DNA from: Lytechinus pictus
Taxonomy: Eukaryota
Length of the DNA: 64,000 bases
Assembly: GCF_037042905.1 (NCBI RefSeq)
Contig: NC_087245.1
Location: 21,018,001-21,082,000, forward strand
Direction of reading: 5' to 3'
Below the pieces are notes generated by a model. It was not told where the DNA came from. It made no database searches and saw only the letters and a program-made list of their open reading frames with translations. Positions 25,838 through 39,140 of the stretch are shown here, piece by piece (within the stretch, counting starts at the first letter, position 1; the number at the start of each line of letters is the position of its first letter). Position numbers and translations under genes: made by a program.

Positions 25838-27070
25838 CTACCTCTACTACTACCACAAACTAATGCTGCTGCTGCTACTTCTCCTCCTCCTGCTCCTCTT
25901 CCGCCTCCGCCTCCTCCTCTTCCTCCTACTACTACNNNNNNNNNNNNNNNNNNNNNNNNNNNNNNNNNNNNNNNNNNNNNNNNNNNNNNNNNNNNNNNNN
26001 NNNNNNNNNNNNNNNNNNNNNNNNNNNNNNNNNNNNNNNNNNNNNNNNNNNNNNNNNNNNNNNNNNNNNNNNNNNNNNNNNNNNNNNNNNNNNNNNNNNN
26101 NNNNNNNNNNNNNNNNNNNNNNNNNNNNNNNNNNNNNNNNNNNNNNNNNNNNNNNNNNNNNNNNNNNNNNNNNNNNNNNNNNNNNNNNNNNNNNNNNNNN
26201 NNNNNNNNNNNNNNNNNNNNNNNNNNNNNNNNNNNNNNNNNNNNNNNNNNNNNNNNNNNNNNNNNNNNNNNNNNNNNNNNNNNTACACTACTACTATACT
26301 NNNNNNNNNNNNNNNNNNNNNNNNNNNNNNNNNNNNNNNNNNNNNNNNNNNNNNNNNNNNNNNNNNNNNNNNNNNNNNNNNNNNNNNNNNNNNNNNNNNN
26401 NNNNNNNNNNNNNNNNNNNNNNNNNNNNNNNNNNNNNNNNNNNNNNNNNNNNNNNNNNNNNNNNNNNNNNNNNNNNNNNNNNNNNNNNNNNNNNNNNNNN
26501 NNNNNNNNNNNNNNNNNNNNNNNNNNNNNNNNNNNNNNNNNNNNNNNNNNNNNNNNNNNNNNNNNNNNNNNNNNNNNNNNNNNNNNNNNNNNNNNNNNNN
26601 NNNNNNNNNNNNNNNNNNNNNNNNNNNNNNNNNNNNNNNNNNNNNNNNNNNNNNNNNNNNNNNNNNNNNNNNNNNNNNNNNNNNNNNNNNNNNNNNNNNN
26701 NNNNNNNNNNNNNNNNNNNNNNNNNNNNNNNNNNNNNNNNNNNNNNNNNNNNNNNNNNNNNNNNNNNNNNNNNNNNNNNNNNNNNNNNNNNNNNNNNNNN
26801 NNNNNNNNNNNNNNNNNNNNNNNNNNNNNNNNNNNNNNNNNNNNNNNNNNNNNNNNNNNNNNNNNNNNNNNNNNNNNNNNNNNNNNNNNNNNNNNNNNNN
26901 NNNNNNNNNNNNNNNNNNNNNNNNNNNNNNNNNNNNNNNNNNNNNNNNNNNNNNNNNNNNNNNNNNNNNNNNNNNNNNNNNNNNNNNNNNNNNNNNNNNN
27001 NNNNNNNNNNNNCTTACTACTACGACTACTTCTACTACTACTACTACTACTGTTGCTGCTGTTATTACTT
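25838..27070. repeat. (CTA/CTC/CTG)n trinucleotide microsatellite spanning an assembly gap (N 25936-26283, 26301-27012)
   Basis: CTA/CTC/CTG triplets on both sides of the N blocks and in the 17-nt island between them. Confidence 0.9.
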
Positions 27071-27929
27071 CTGGTAGTGGTGATCGTAGTTGAAGCAGTG
27101 CTATAGTGGAATTGAAATGTCTCCTAAATGCTAAGTTTTTACAGTAAATGTAAATTTTGAATCATCACGATGAATTTAAGAACATTCCAATCAACCTCAA
27201 GTTCTAAAGAGGTAAAATGTTTTGTTTTTTTCATTTAAAAATGTCTTTCCATTCAATTGCAAATTTTCAAAAGCAGACTGTTGTTGACATTTGAAAGTAT
27301 AAATTAAGTTTCTATACTTGAAATTTATCCATCCTTTGCAAAATCCAATATTGATTGATTGATTGATTTTATTCGTCAATGAAATTGAAGAATTCCTTGA
27401 CAGGATAGCCCATGAAAGCCGAAAGGACATTGGAAATAGACATTGGCAATCAATGGTAAATAAATTCCTTGCAAGATTATCTTATTAGATCATATTTTTC
27501 ATAAAGTATTTGCACAAATCACACTTGTTTTGATCGAAGTATTCAATAATACTACACCACATCCATTTTCAGATGTCTTGGCTACTATATTGATTTCATA
27601 ATCAGATTTAGCACTTATCCCATATTAGCATAATCTTGTTGGGAAGCTTACATTGAAACCATTGAAGCGTATTGAACGCATATTAGGCTTGAGTGCATTA
27701 CATAAAAATAGATTTCTTAAAATGTTTCAATATAACATATCAGCAATTTAAAGATAAATCTGAATATGAGTTCACGAAAAATTACAAAATATTAAGTTGT
27801 GATGCTACTTCCAATGAATGAGAAATAATGCTATTTTTTATGATAAAATGTTTTAAGGCCTCAATGCATGAGGCAAATAAATAGTATGTCAAACTTAATC
27901 ATCAATTAGTATAGACTATAGGCTTCAAG

Positions 27930-28174
27930 ATTATTATTAATAATAATAATAATGCTTTATTTTACCCAGGGTAGCCACTTCAGTTAAGAAACTGCTCTAC
28001 CCGCAGGCCTTGCATGAACATAATGTTATTATTACCCTTCTCCAATCTAAATTGCTGAGCCCCTAGCAAGAAGGCAGAAGGTCTCATTTTTATAAGTCTT
28101 TGGTATGACTCGGCCGAGGATCGAACCCATCACCTCTTGTTCGTGAGGCAGATGCTCTGCCACCAAGCCAACAT
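27930..28174 (-). mobile_element. tRNA-derived SINE, family 2, with (ATT)n tail
   Basis: Minus strand: A box TGGCTTGGTGG, B box GGTTCGATCC (28118-28127), body GAGTCATACCAAAGACTTATAAAAATG, 3' end CCCTGGGTAAAATAAAG then (ATT)n. Confidence 0.85.
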
Positions 28175-30466
28175 GCCCGCTTGAATGAGGTTTACCTGAT
28201 GACGCAGTCTAAACAAGACCGAATCCAAACCGGCGTATGGTATGTCATTAGACACATCGTTATAGCTTTGATCTGTCTGGTGTTTGTTTCGTTGAGGTGG
28301 CTGCGGTATAAGATACCAAAATAATAAAGTAACAACATTCAAATAATAATATTGTAAATCAATTTGGAGGCATTTTAATCACAGATACGCGTTTAACTTA
28401 CAATCAATTAGATTAATGTCTAATTCTAATAATTTTCTTAGAATTTGCCTAGATTGAATTTGCATACAAAATAATGAATGTGCTTTGGTTGATGGTTCAC
28501 ATATTTAATATATCGGACTGTGGTATTGATATTTTGAGGGATCATTGTCAGAGTTCCTCGTCTCCGTTTTCACCTTTATTTACTCCTCGCTGGAAGCTTG
28601 ATACTACGGACTCAACCAGGAGAGTCTCTGGTTTATTAGCGTAGTATAGCCGAAAGCTCCTGTGTCTGCATGACATTTTAAATGTCAGTTTATTGATTGC
28701 CCACTTACCCTGAGACAATACCAATGTGATGGTGCAAATAAAAAGATCTCACTCATTCAGTATGCGCGCTCATGATTGTTGGCTTATTATTGTGGGTGCG
28801 TCTTCTATTCTCTCTCTCTCTTTTTCTTTCCCTCTCTTTTTCTCACTCCTTTGCACATTCCGTCTCGTACTTTTCATAATTAATTAATCTTTTTTACACT
28901 CTCCATCTCATAGAACTCTTCATGATAGTACCAATTTCATTTCCTCTCCCAATTTCCCATTTCCCTCAATTCTTTTCTATCTGTCACTCCCTTCCCCTCT
29001 CTTTATCTCTCTTTTCCTCTCTTACTCTCTCTCTTATTGATCTCTTTCTCTTCATATTTCCCTGTCACAATTTACAATGTCCATCATTCTTTAATATTCT
29101 TCTGCATGTCTGATGTATTTAGACCAATGCTTTCAGCACCTCACTTTTTGTTTAATCTTTAACATGGCATAATGGTTGATCCATTGACTCGGTTCAGAAA
29201 AAAATTTAGGATTTTTTATTATTAATTTCTATCGCACCCTATTTCATGATTGTGGTCATTGACCACAGAACATTTAATTGCAAATCTCTTTTCCTTTTGG
29301 TTTGATTCATTACACAGTCCTTGCTTTATGTTCCAATATGTCATCATCTTCATTAGATTACTATAAAAGCATCAATCAATATTGCGGTCCTACAAATCAA
29401 AGCTTTTTATTTTTTTCCTTATATTGATGTCTATTACAGCCATCCTCATCATTGAATTAATGCTGTTTATTGTCATGAATTTGGTTTTATTACAATCATT
29501 AAGAGACACCTATAAAAATTCAATGAAATACTTGTTAAATTTAACATTTTCGAAAAGCACTTATTCTTAATCATCTTGATTTTGTTGTCAAGATTTATAT
29601 GGCATAATTTTAGAAATGCACAAAGAATAGTTTACTTTTCCTGTTATGTTTCAGTTAGCCCATTGGAGACATTTTAAAGCCCACATTTAAATACGTTGTT
29701 TTTCATAAACCACAATATGATACCACTGAGTGAAGCTTCATGTAAACTCATTACCATGAAGGCCATATACCCCCATCATGCACGGTGGAAAGTAGATTCC
29801 CTTTAAACTTCTTCCCTTTGACATTTCCCTTCCATCTTCACTTTTCTTTCCACCAGCCACAAGCTCTTAGTCTCCATCACCTTTAACTCATCTCACAGAC
29901 CTCTAAACTCACCCTTTCCAGACTCTTTTATAGGTCATCCAACTAAAGATCACCCCCAAGATTGAATTCCCTTCTGTTACCTTCCCCCATCCTTTCCCCG
30001 TTTTGACGTTAGCATCGTCGGTGACAGGATGTTACACAATATTACCATGTGTGAGGCCTCCCACAATGCAATGCGATGGTAGAAATTTCCCAATCCAATG
30101 TTCCGAGAATGTGCATGTGCCTGCCATGCTTCTAGCTCACACTTTTTAATCTAATATTGCCAAGATGGGATCGCCTGCACTTACTAAGCAAATAGTGAAG
30201 ATGCATTTGAGATGTTAGAGAAAGGCTGAAGTGCAAGTATGTTGTTGAGAGCTATTCCTTCCACCACATTGCTCGAGGCAGACACTGTATTAAACACATG
30301 GGACTGAAAGAATTCATTTGTCACTAAGGCAAAGACCCCATAAGCCTCTCTTGTGAACAGCTTTATGAAACAACCCTGTAGCCTTGTCCCTGTAAGTGAA
30401 ATTGGTAACAGATCTGTGAAAATTTTTGACACCAATCAAATTGCTGGATTTCAGTAACCCTTAACA

Positions 30467-30680
30467 GGGGGTCCAGTCGTCTAGTGGTTATGACTCCCGT
30501 CTTTCAATCAGAGGGACGTAGGTTCAAATCCTAGCCATCGCATGTTTTGCTTCAGCAAGAAATTTACCCACATTCTGCTGCACTCACCCCAAATGAGATG
30601 AATGAGTACCCGGCAGCTATGATACCTTGTATGCACCAAGCACCTTTAGCAGATATAGCTTAAGCCGGGGTTATATATAG
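30467..30680 (+). mobile_element. tRNA-derived SINE, family 1
   Basis: A-box-like GTCTAGTGGTTA, B box GGTTCAAATCC (30521-30531), followed by a non-tRNA body shared with 2045-2240 and 13604-13751. Confidence 0.85.
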
Positions 30681-31410
30681 TGTGCAAAAAAATGAGAGAA
30701 GATAGAGACCATAAGTTAGATTCATGTTCAGTGTACAAACCAAAATAATTACGTTAAATTAATAGACAGATTTTGCAAAGTATTAAACGTTACTATACCT
30801 ATTAATACATTGTGGCTGCCGTGTGGGAGAGCCGTAAGCAAGCTTTCAAGTTATGGCATCAGTATATGTTTGCAATTTGGTTAATACACTGAGAATGTGA
30901 TTTGTTTTCAGACCTTTATCGCGCTGCTTGCCTTGACAGAATGCTTCTGTTCTTGCTGTAATGCATTTAACTATCAATAGAAAATTGTCCCATTACTACG
31001 AGATTCCTAATGGAGATCAAACTGCTCTTTGCTGAATCCCTCCATCAACTTTGGCACTCACAGAAAATGAATGGCCTATCTTGATTTGTGACAAACCATT
31101 TTGCTTTTGAAACAAAGTCCTCTCTTTGGTTTATCCCATAGTAAATGGGCATGGGATCAATCTTGAAGTATCCCTCATGGTTACAAGCAGACAGTTCAGC
31201 ACGATGGCAAAATTTAAAATTTTGCCTGTATGAGAGATAGAAATCATCAAGAATTGTAGAATGAAAAAAGGGAGGAAAGAGGTAAAAAAATATAGTTTAC
31301 AAGGAATCTCACTCTTGATATGTTTGAAATTAACATGCAGAGCAAAGATGTTTTAAATCTGCTAAAGTGTCCAGAATTCGGACTCCCACTCTGTTTTACC
31401 ATGTGATATT

Positions 31411-31962
31411 TATATTATATTGGATGGCTCTGATGGAATACAAGAAATATTCAAAGAGTTCAGGAAAATATTCCGCGAATCGAAGATGAGTGGAATATTG
31501 GCCCTCAAGAGTGGAATATTTCTGGTATTTCATGAAATAACGCCATCCAATATAATTATTATCATCTATCCCACCCCCCCCCCCCAGAAAAAGAGGGAGA
31601 AATTTGATTTAACAAGTGATATCACTTATCACATCTTGCCATTATCACTTATATATTGGTCTTTGACATGCGACTTGCATTTAGTTTATTATGACGTCAT
31701 GGAGCATAGTTGTGCTCTATGCTGCGCATCGCATTGCTTTCATTGTTGTACGCGTAGTATATTTCACGCATTCGCGCACGCGCCTTAAACCATTGAATAA
31801 GCTCTCATATTCAATAGCAAATTTTTGTACAGGAGTCTATGGGATATTCGTCGGATTTCGGTCCTTTTTAGGGATACGCTCTGATACTGCACGGGCAATT
31901 GATGCAGACCAAAATACATGTTTTTAATGCATCGCTAAAACACTCTATATAGATGATAATAC
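31411..31962. mobile_element. Non-autonomous element with two overlapping inverted-repeat pairs (class uncertain)
   Basis: IR a/a' at 31413-31452 and 31514-31562; IR b/b' TATTATCATCTAT 31557-31569 and ATAGATGATAATA 31949-31961; CpG-rich body; no evident TSD. Confidence 0.6.
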
Positions 31963-32777
31963 TAGATTTTTTAAAAGTGAGACTGCAACTTGAGGCAACA
32001 AGATCTGGACCCTAAATCGGCTCAATTTGTAAGATGAGCATGTTGTGAATAGCCCCCTCTTGTGTCTAATATAGAATATTTGTTTTTTACAGGATTCATT
32101 TACAGTAATGGCCGAAAAGGTTACTATCTCGTTGTGTGCTGGTCGCACTAGTGCCTAGTGTATGAGAGGGAAATAGTGTGTGTATCCTTTGAGGGTACCC
32201 TACATTGTTCACTGCACGTTGATGTCAAGAGGCAATGAAAGGGTGACATTTATTAAGTATTGTCAATTTCTCATGCATTCATGTCTCCTATAGAGCATAT
32301 GGAATTTCTACATAGGATATGACAATATTCTGCATGCTTTAATTTTCTTCATTTCCTTTCTTAATCTTCCATAGTGTAATCTACCATCAAAAAATTCCCT
32401 GGCTCATTGCATTCCATATGATATGGTCATTAGCAGGACAATTTTTTTAAAATATAATCAGTCTTGGATTAAAGCTAATGCCGGTTCTAATGAGATTAGG
32501 TGGCATACCTCCGGAATGCCTTTTTATATTCTTATTATATTCTTATAAATGTAATATGCTCAATACATGATGTCTAAATTTACATGTCATCTTATTAATT
32601 AAAATGCCATCTCCCATGATTCAGTATAATTCCTTGTGATAAAACATACAGAATATATAATATTTTGGTAGCTCAAATATTCTTCAACCTGCAATCCATA
32701 TTCTATGTTTACATCTACCAAAGATAAAGAATCTAACACATTATTGCTTTTCATCTTTTATTAAACATACTTATGAT

Positions 32778-32791
32778 GTCACCATGGTAAC
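32778..32791. promoter_or_regulatory. RFX X-box motif GTCACCATGGTAAC
   Basis: Exact match to the GTHNYY-AT-RRNAAC consensus; function untested. Confidence 0.4.
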
Positions 32792-33800
32792 CATACACTT
32801 CATTTAATCCATATTGTAAGAAGTGTCTTTATTATATTGACAAGCAGGTCACATTGTTGTGTTCCATGCATGTATGCAACACCACAGCACGTACTGCCAT
32901 TACAGATGGTGTGTGGTGTTCAATCATGATGGGCCTTGCGTGTCCTACTGTGCAGAGCTGTGAGGCACAGTCATGTTGAATGCGGGTAAAATTGATGACC
33001 CTATTTCATCCCTCAAGGAAATGTAATGTGTCCTTATAGTGAATGTTGATGAGATGAGTGGTGTTTGTTTAATAACAAACAAATATTTACTTTGATATGC
33101 CATATTCAGGGAAGTATCTGTTTAATATTTAGACTTTCAGACTAAGAATAAATTTGAAGTCTTAAGTCATTTTTCATCTCATCAAGAGGAAAATAATACA
33201 CGCCTATTCTGAAGGTGGCAGTATGTTATCGATTTTTCCTTTCCTGTGATAAATCAGCTCTGTGTGAATGCGATAGCCTCAAGTAAAGTGTTTTGTCCAG
33301 TCTAGTCTCCGTAATTTAGTCCTTGAACTCATTGGCAATATTTATTTCCAAATCCAGGCCCTTTTGCTTCATGGAGATCATAAATGAACAAAAGTTCTTG
33401 CATGATCAAAAAATTCTGCATATTCTTGAGTCAAATGGTGGATGCAGTTTGAACCGTTCCACACCTTACTCTTCTCACCAAGTGATGTGTCTGTGTTTTT
33501 AGACTAATCTCTTTTGCCAATGACCCCCATGGCCTTCTAGTATATCATCATCAGTATTAGACGAGTAGTAGGAGGGTATCAGTATCTTTGGAATGCTGCA
33601 ATCAGCATCACACGGTAGCTCCTTGCAGCGCCATGTTGGTTTTTCCATCTTCGTTTCTGGGTCAGATGAATTGATGGAGTGTTCTCCAAGGCATCGGCAA
33701 AAACGAGTTGTGACGTGAAATGATGTCTTAATTACTCAATGTGCAGATACTCATTTGATGGTCATATGATATGAGTATATCCATAGCCTTAACCTATTTA

Positions 33801-34030
33801 CAGTTGTGCTCAAAAGTTAGTGAGTCTTACCACAAAATGTTCTGATTCATGCTGAGTGTTGAATGTAGACAACAACACTACAATGTTTGGCAAGCCAAGA
33901 GAAATAAACTTTATTGAATGTAATATTTTATCACCTGGCTTCACAATGAAATATCTAAAACAAGGTAGAACTTGAACACCTAAGATATGTTCACTTGCTG
34001 GTGGGGTTCAGTTACTTTTGAGCAGTTCTT
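33801..34030. mobile_element. Old Tc1/mariner-like MITE
   Basis: TA|CAGTTGTGCTCAAAAGTTAGTGA at left; TCAGTTACTTTTGAGCAGTT at right (degenerate TIR). Confidence 0.55.
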
Positions 34031-35479
34031 TATCTTTTTGGTTCAGCTATGAATATTTTTGCAAAGTTTCCCAAGTCATGGTATATTGACGTAAGATGCG
34101 TCAGTGAAGAAAAGGTAATCTTTACGAAAAATTCTTGGGAGAAAAGGAGATGGATCGTAGTAATTTGATGAAAAAAGCAATTACACTTCTATTTATCTTT
34201 TTTGAAAAATAGTTAACATATTTTCTTACATCCTGTATGTTGTTTATGCCATTGTAATGATTTAAGTTTCATCATCTATTAGGCATTTGGATCCTTGACA
34301 CATAAATATTGTTCATATAACATCGTTATAGTACGTGCCTTGAATTTGTTGAATACTTCATTTCACCTGCAGTTAAGAATATCATATTATCAACAATTTT
34401 GGAGACCTACATCTTCAAAAGAGGATGGTTTTATGCGTTCGGGCGTATGGTGGATCCTGCAATTCTACTGAGCGACAAGTTCATCTTGGAATCTCCATAA
34501 TTATGCATCATTGTTTATTGAAATGTAGTGAGGGATAAACTTTAGTGGTTTGTAGGGAGTTGACACCTTTCTAGCCTTGTAGTCAGGACAAACATTATAA
34601 CGTACATTTGGGGTACATCCATGACTGATGATTTAAGCAAGAAACCATGATAATCATTTCCTGTTCAGTTTGGATTGTACCCAATTGTTTTCTGTTCCGT
34701 GAGGAAAAGCCCTTTCTTGACACAATGACCAGGGATGTACTATTCTCAATAACAGTTCCTTGCATTGACTTCTGTCAACTTTTTACAGGATCCTGTTATT
34801 CCCATAGACTTTGTACATTTACTGCCTGATTCCAGTCAACAGCAGGTTAATAAACATTTTAAAACATTGCCTTTTCTAAGCTTCTGCTCTAGGTCATCTA
34901 GGTCAGGTTTCCAATATTACTGTGACACTGTCACAAAAAGTAACTAGCAATGATTAAAAATAGATTGTTTAAGTGATCTAAATCATGTTCAATTTAGGAA
35001 AAATCTTTGCCCTTTCCCCTTAAAATAGTGTGTGGGTGTACATGATGTTTTTTATCTAAAAATCTCATTTGATACAATATTTTTTACTTTGAATTTCCTA
35101 CTTGTTTAATTAAGTACACCCACTCTTCTGTATCTCGTTTCATTTCACCCACCTTTAATAACATTATCGTCATCACACTTTACTTCTTCGAGCCAACACA
35201 TAGGGTAATGCATGTTTCATTAAGTAAAGGACTAGCATTCAATCATGTATGCATTTTCTATTAGTTGGCTGATGTAATATGGCCTGCTAAAAGCCAGAAT
35301 AACGTTAACTCATCGTCGACTATTTATTATTGATGCCTTTTTAGTTGTTAGCAGATGATGTATAATCAAAGACCAAGGCCACACCACTATCTTTTCAATG
35401 AAATTTGTGTGCCTCAACGCTGAAATGAAAAAAATATTTTGAACGAGAACTAAGAACAGCTTCTACTGTCGACATGCAT

Positions 35480-35750
35480 GGCCCCGTCTTACAAAGAGTT
35501 ACGATTGATCCATTCAATTGTAACTCTATGGAAATCCATCAGTGTCATAATTTTTTCTACTGGAAATGTGCAAAATGTCCTTTGTAAACAAAGGAGAACA
35601 CCCCAAATTGTCAAGAAATCAATGACTTTATGGATATACATTCTTATCTAGATTTTTATTTTAATAAACATGCATTTTATATCTTGACTTTGCTGGCTTT
35701 CCATAGTATCGATTGATTGGATCAATCACAATTCTTTGTAAGACGGGGCC
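35480..35750. mobile_element. MITE (Harbinger/Tourist-like)
   Basis: TIRs GGCCCCGTCTTACAAAGAGTTACGATTGATCC / GGATCAATCACAATTCTTTGTAAGACGGGGCC; flanks CAT/CAG. Confidence 0.88.
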
Positions 35751-38559
35751 CAGTTTACCTCTAACCACCTACCAATATACCCTATGTATCCTCTCTCCTC
35801 CCCCATCACTCCATCTCTTGCTATCCTATCTCTCAATCCCCATTTCTCAATTTCTCTATAGCAAGGGAGCATATCTTTATTTTTATCCCTTTCTCTTTTG
35901 CAACCTTACTGTGCCAGAAACTAATTTACGGATCTATATGCCTTTGGTAAATATGAACATTTGGTAGCATGGCAAAAAATAAACATGCTTAAATGTTTGC
36001 AACTGGAATGCAGTTATGCAAAGCATTAATTACGGAAGGGGGGTGGTATTATTATGATTGGAGGAAGGGAAAATTCATACAGAAATCTTATTTTATGCAG
36101 GGCTTTTTATTTCCAGCCCACAGATGTCTTTTCTTGCTATTCCCTTTTCCTTACCTCTGCTTTCCTTTTCTCCAATCATCTCTCTGTCAGTAACACCATG
36201 GACCTAGGTCCATGATAAAACCGTTTTCAAAATTTAAGTTAGGTATCAATTGTTTAAGAAAAAAAAAAGAGTTTAAGTCTGAAATGAAATTGACTTGTTA
36301 GCAATGGTTTTGGCATTCCATAAATCAGTGAATAACTTTATACAAATAACTACAAATGAGATATATTTGCAGTTAAGACATTGACACTCATTTGGTAGAG
36401 GAATAGTGAGAAAGAAAAGGGATGTGAGAAAATCATGGTGAATTTAGGATCATCTTACTCTCTCGTCGAAAGATATCTTTCCTTCTTTGAAGTTATTCTA
36501 TTATTCTCGAAGGGATGCAGCTTCCCCGCCTTGAATAATACATTCTGACCATCCATCTTATATTCCCCGTCGTGCCATCCGATCTTCGCCTTGTGATCCA
36601 CAGACAGACTGGGTATCCTTGGACCTTGCGCATGGTTCCGTCCGGAGATGACCTGTTCAGACTTTGTAGCTGCATTAAACTCCGGTTAAACCCACAATTT
36701 GTCATTTTTTTTATGTGCAACTGAACAGTACATCTCATCTTTGCTTTGTGAGCAGTGCCTTAAAGAATGGTTGGTATTTGGTGAGGTAATTTCAAGAAGT
36801 GTAGATATTCTATAAAATCAGGTTATCCAAATCAATTTGTTGCTCATTATCAATAGGGGCACGTCAACCTGTTATCCCAGAATCCCATAAATTTTATCTG
36901 ATTCCTACTTTGTGATCCATCTGGTTTCCTTAGAAACAAAAAAAGTTCAACAGAGGCCTTGTTTGAAAATTAAGATGGGTTCAACTTAGGAAAAGGCCCT
37001 ATTGCTCAGTATAATTGAGATTCTCTTCAATGATAAGCAATACAATATCCAGTTCATATTTCCTTTAAATATTTGTCGGTAGTTGCATCACATTTTGAAT
37101 GCATGATCCATATCAAAAGACGGATATCTTAAACATTTTGATGTTACCTCTTTGCTGACTCTATGGATTTCAATCTGAAATGGGATCTCTTTTTTAAACC
37201 TTTATTTCTAAATACTTTTCTGAATTTGAATATTTTCTTCATTAACAATTACAAAAGGGGTGTATATTAAAATAAAATAAAAGATGTACTTCAATAGAGA
37301 ACACACTACCATGTATACCTTTGGAAACAGTTTTATTTCAGTGTTCTGAATCCATTGTTGAATATTCATACACATGCAGCATTTAGTGCTACCCACCATA
37401 CTTTGGGGAATAGAGCTGTCAGCCATTTTATCAGACATTAATGATCGATGGACGTGCCCTTTACCATACTGCCGATCTTCAAACTTCCTCTTGAAACGCT
37501 CGTTGGAACTCCAAGTCATTTTCTAGAGGTTTAAAGCCTCTTCTTCTCTCTACACGTTGATGTACATATATGTCACTGATCCATGCATTACAACTGAAAT
37601 AATCCATGCTCACATTGTGATGAGTTTGACTTCAGCATTTTGCAAGCTGTTCAGAGTCAACAAACTTATTTTAGAAAGCTTTAATTTAAGCTTGTCAAAG
37701 AAAAATGCAATATCAAATAATCTAACAAAGCACATGTACCAATAAACTTGTAAGAATAGAGACTAAAATTGATATTGTTTCTATATCAAAAGCTTCAGTG
37801 GTTTTCCAAATTATTCTATCAGTGCTCGTAGAAAATGTCAATGTACTCTTTGACATTTTTTAGTTGACATTATCAGAAGACAGTTGATAGGCACTATTAA
37901 AGTCCTATAAATTGGCTTGTTTCCTTCCAAGCAGTTTTCATCCATATTACTTTGAAATGATTAATGATGAAAGACTAAGAATAAAACGATAAGTTTTGTC
38001 TCATATACCACCCACACAGATAATTTCAGTACTCTTGATTATTGTCTTAAATGTAATACCATGATAAAACTGCTCAAAGGTTTCTGAGTGTGATGTTGAG
38101 AGCAAGATAGACTATGTCCCCCCAGCAGAGAACACAAAAGAGTCAACACCCAAGTGAATGCATCTAATTTGCAAACTAGGAGTGAAAATCAATTGAAATG
38201 TTCATATTATTATAAATAAATAAGAGTTTATAGGAAGATATACAAGATTAGCAATTCCATCACGAAATGAGACTTTGGGCTTTAAGGTGATTAGAATCTA
38301 TATTTGTTTTGTTTTATGGTGTTTCCACATGAGCTGCTTGAGTCCTCACCCATTGACGTCAGCGTTGTTTTAACCCCTGGGCCTTTTAGGATGTGCTTTG
38401 TTTGAAATTGTATCATTTAAAAGAAAAACAACATAAAAGGATTCATCACGTTCCTGATAAAAGCAGAGTTCAGGCTGTGGCAATATTTTCAAAGTGCAAA
38501 TCAAGGAGGCACAAAAAGAGATTCAAGAAAGTAATGCCAATAGATTATGGTTAGAAACA

Positions 38560-39140
38560 AGTCAACATTTATTGATTTATTTATTATCAATTCAGCAATT
38601 ACAATATAAAATAAGGATTCAACAATTTATGAATGAAAACAGAAGCATGGATGGGTACATGTACCTTAGCTGCCTTGGTTTGGGAAAAGCTTACTTGATA
38701 ACTGTGACCAGAGGGTCTCCCTCCTTGACCAAGCTACATGTACCCAGAACTGGTCTATAATAAAAATAATTGATAGAACCTTAAAAAGATAAGTACACAA
38801 TAATAATGATGTAGAAAATTGGTAGTAGATCTATACAATAAGACCAGTCATTTTAGATATAAACGTGCATAATTATGAAGTATCATAAAGAATTGGAGAA
38901 TTGAATTAAGAATTGATGGAGATTAAAGGTAAGACTGAGAATAATAATGAAAAAAAAAATTGGTTTGACTGCACAGGGAAACATATTGTTTTGGCTCAGC
39001 AAGCTGTTTGCGAACAGTTTGTAATCTAGGTATACATTTTAAAAAATGACATGCTATGTGATTTAGAAGAAATAAATGATTATTGTATATGTGGGTATTT
39101 CAAATTTATTGGATGTTTCTATAAGAAGTTTGACATTTTA
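38560..39140 (-). mobile_element. Possible highly decayed LINE 3' end
   Basis: Minus strand has AATAAA-rich tail near 38565-38585 and a GC-richer stem-loop-like 3' UTR segment at about 38650-38745; no intact ORF; assignment by resemblance only. Confidence 0.25.

Noticed and set aside
25739-27106. 455-aa and 404-aa ORFs in the track
   Set aside because: Artefacts of N runs and trinucleotide repeats.
30365-30391. ATG mini-ORF MKQPCSLVP ending at GTAAGT
   Set aside because: Overlaps CTTTATGAAACAACCC, which resembles the decayed TIR end of the Harbinger-like MITEs; probably chance.
30467-30540. tRNA genes (also 28110-28174 on the minus strand)
   Set aside because: A and B boxes are present but stems are decayed and run into SINE bodies; these are SINE heads.
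32093-32119. 27-nt in-frame exon candidate (DSFTVMAEK)
   Set aside because: Good acceptor but poor donor (GTTACT), and it lies beside a transposon-derived region.
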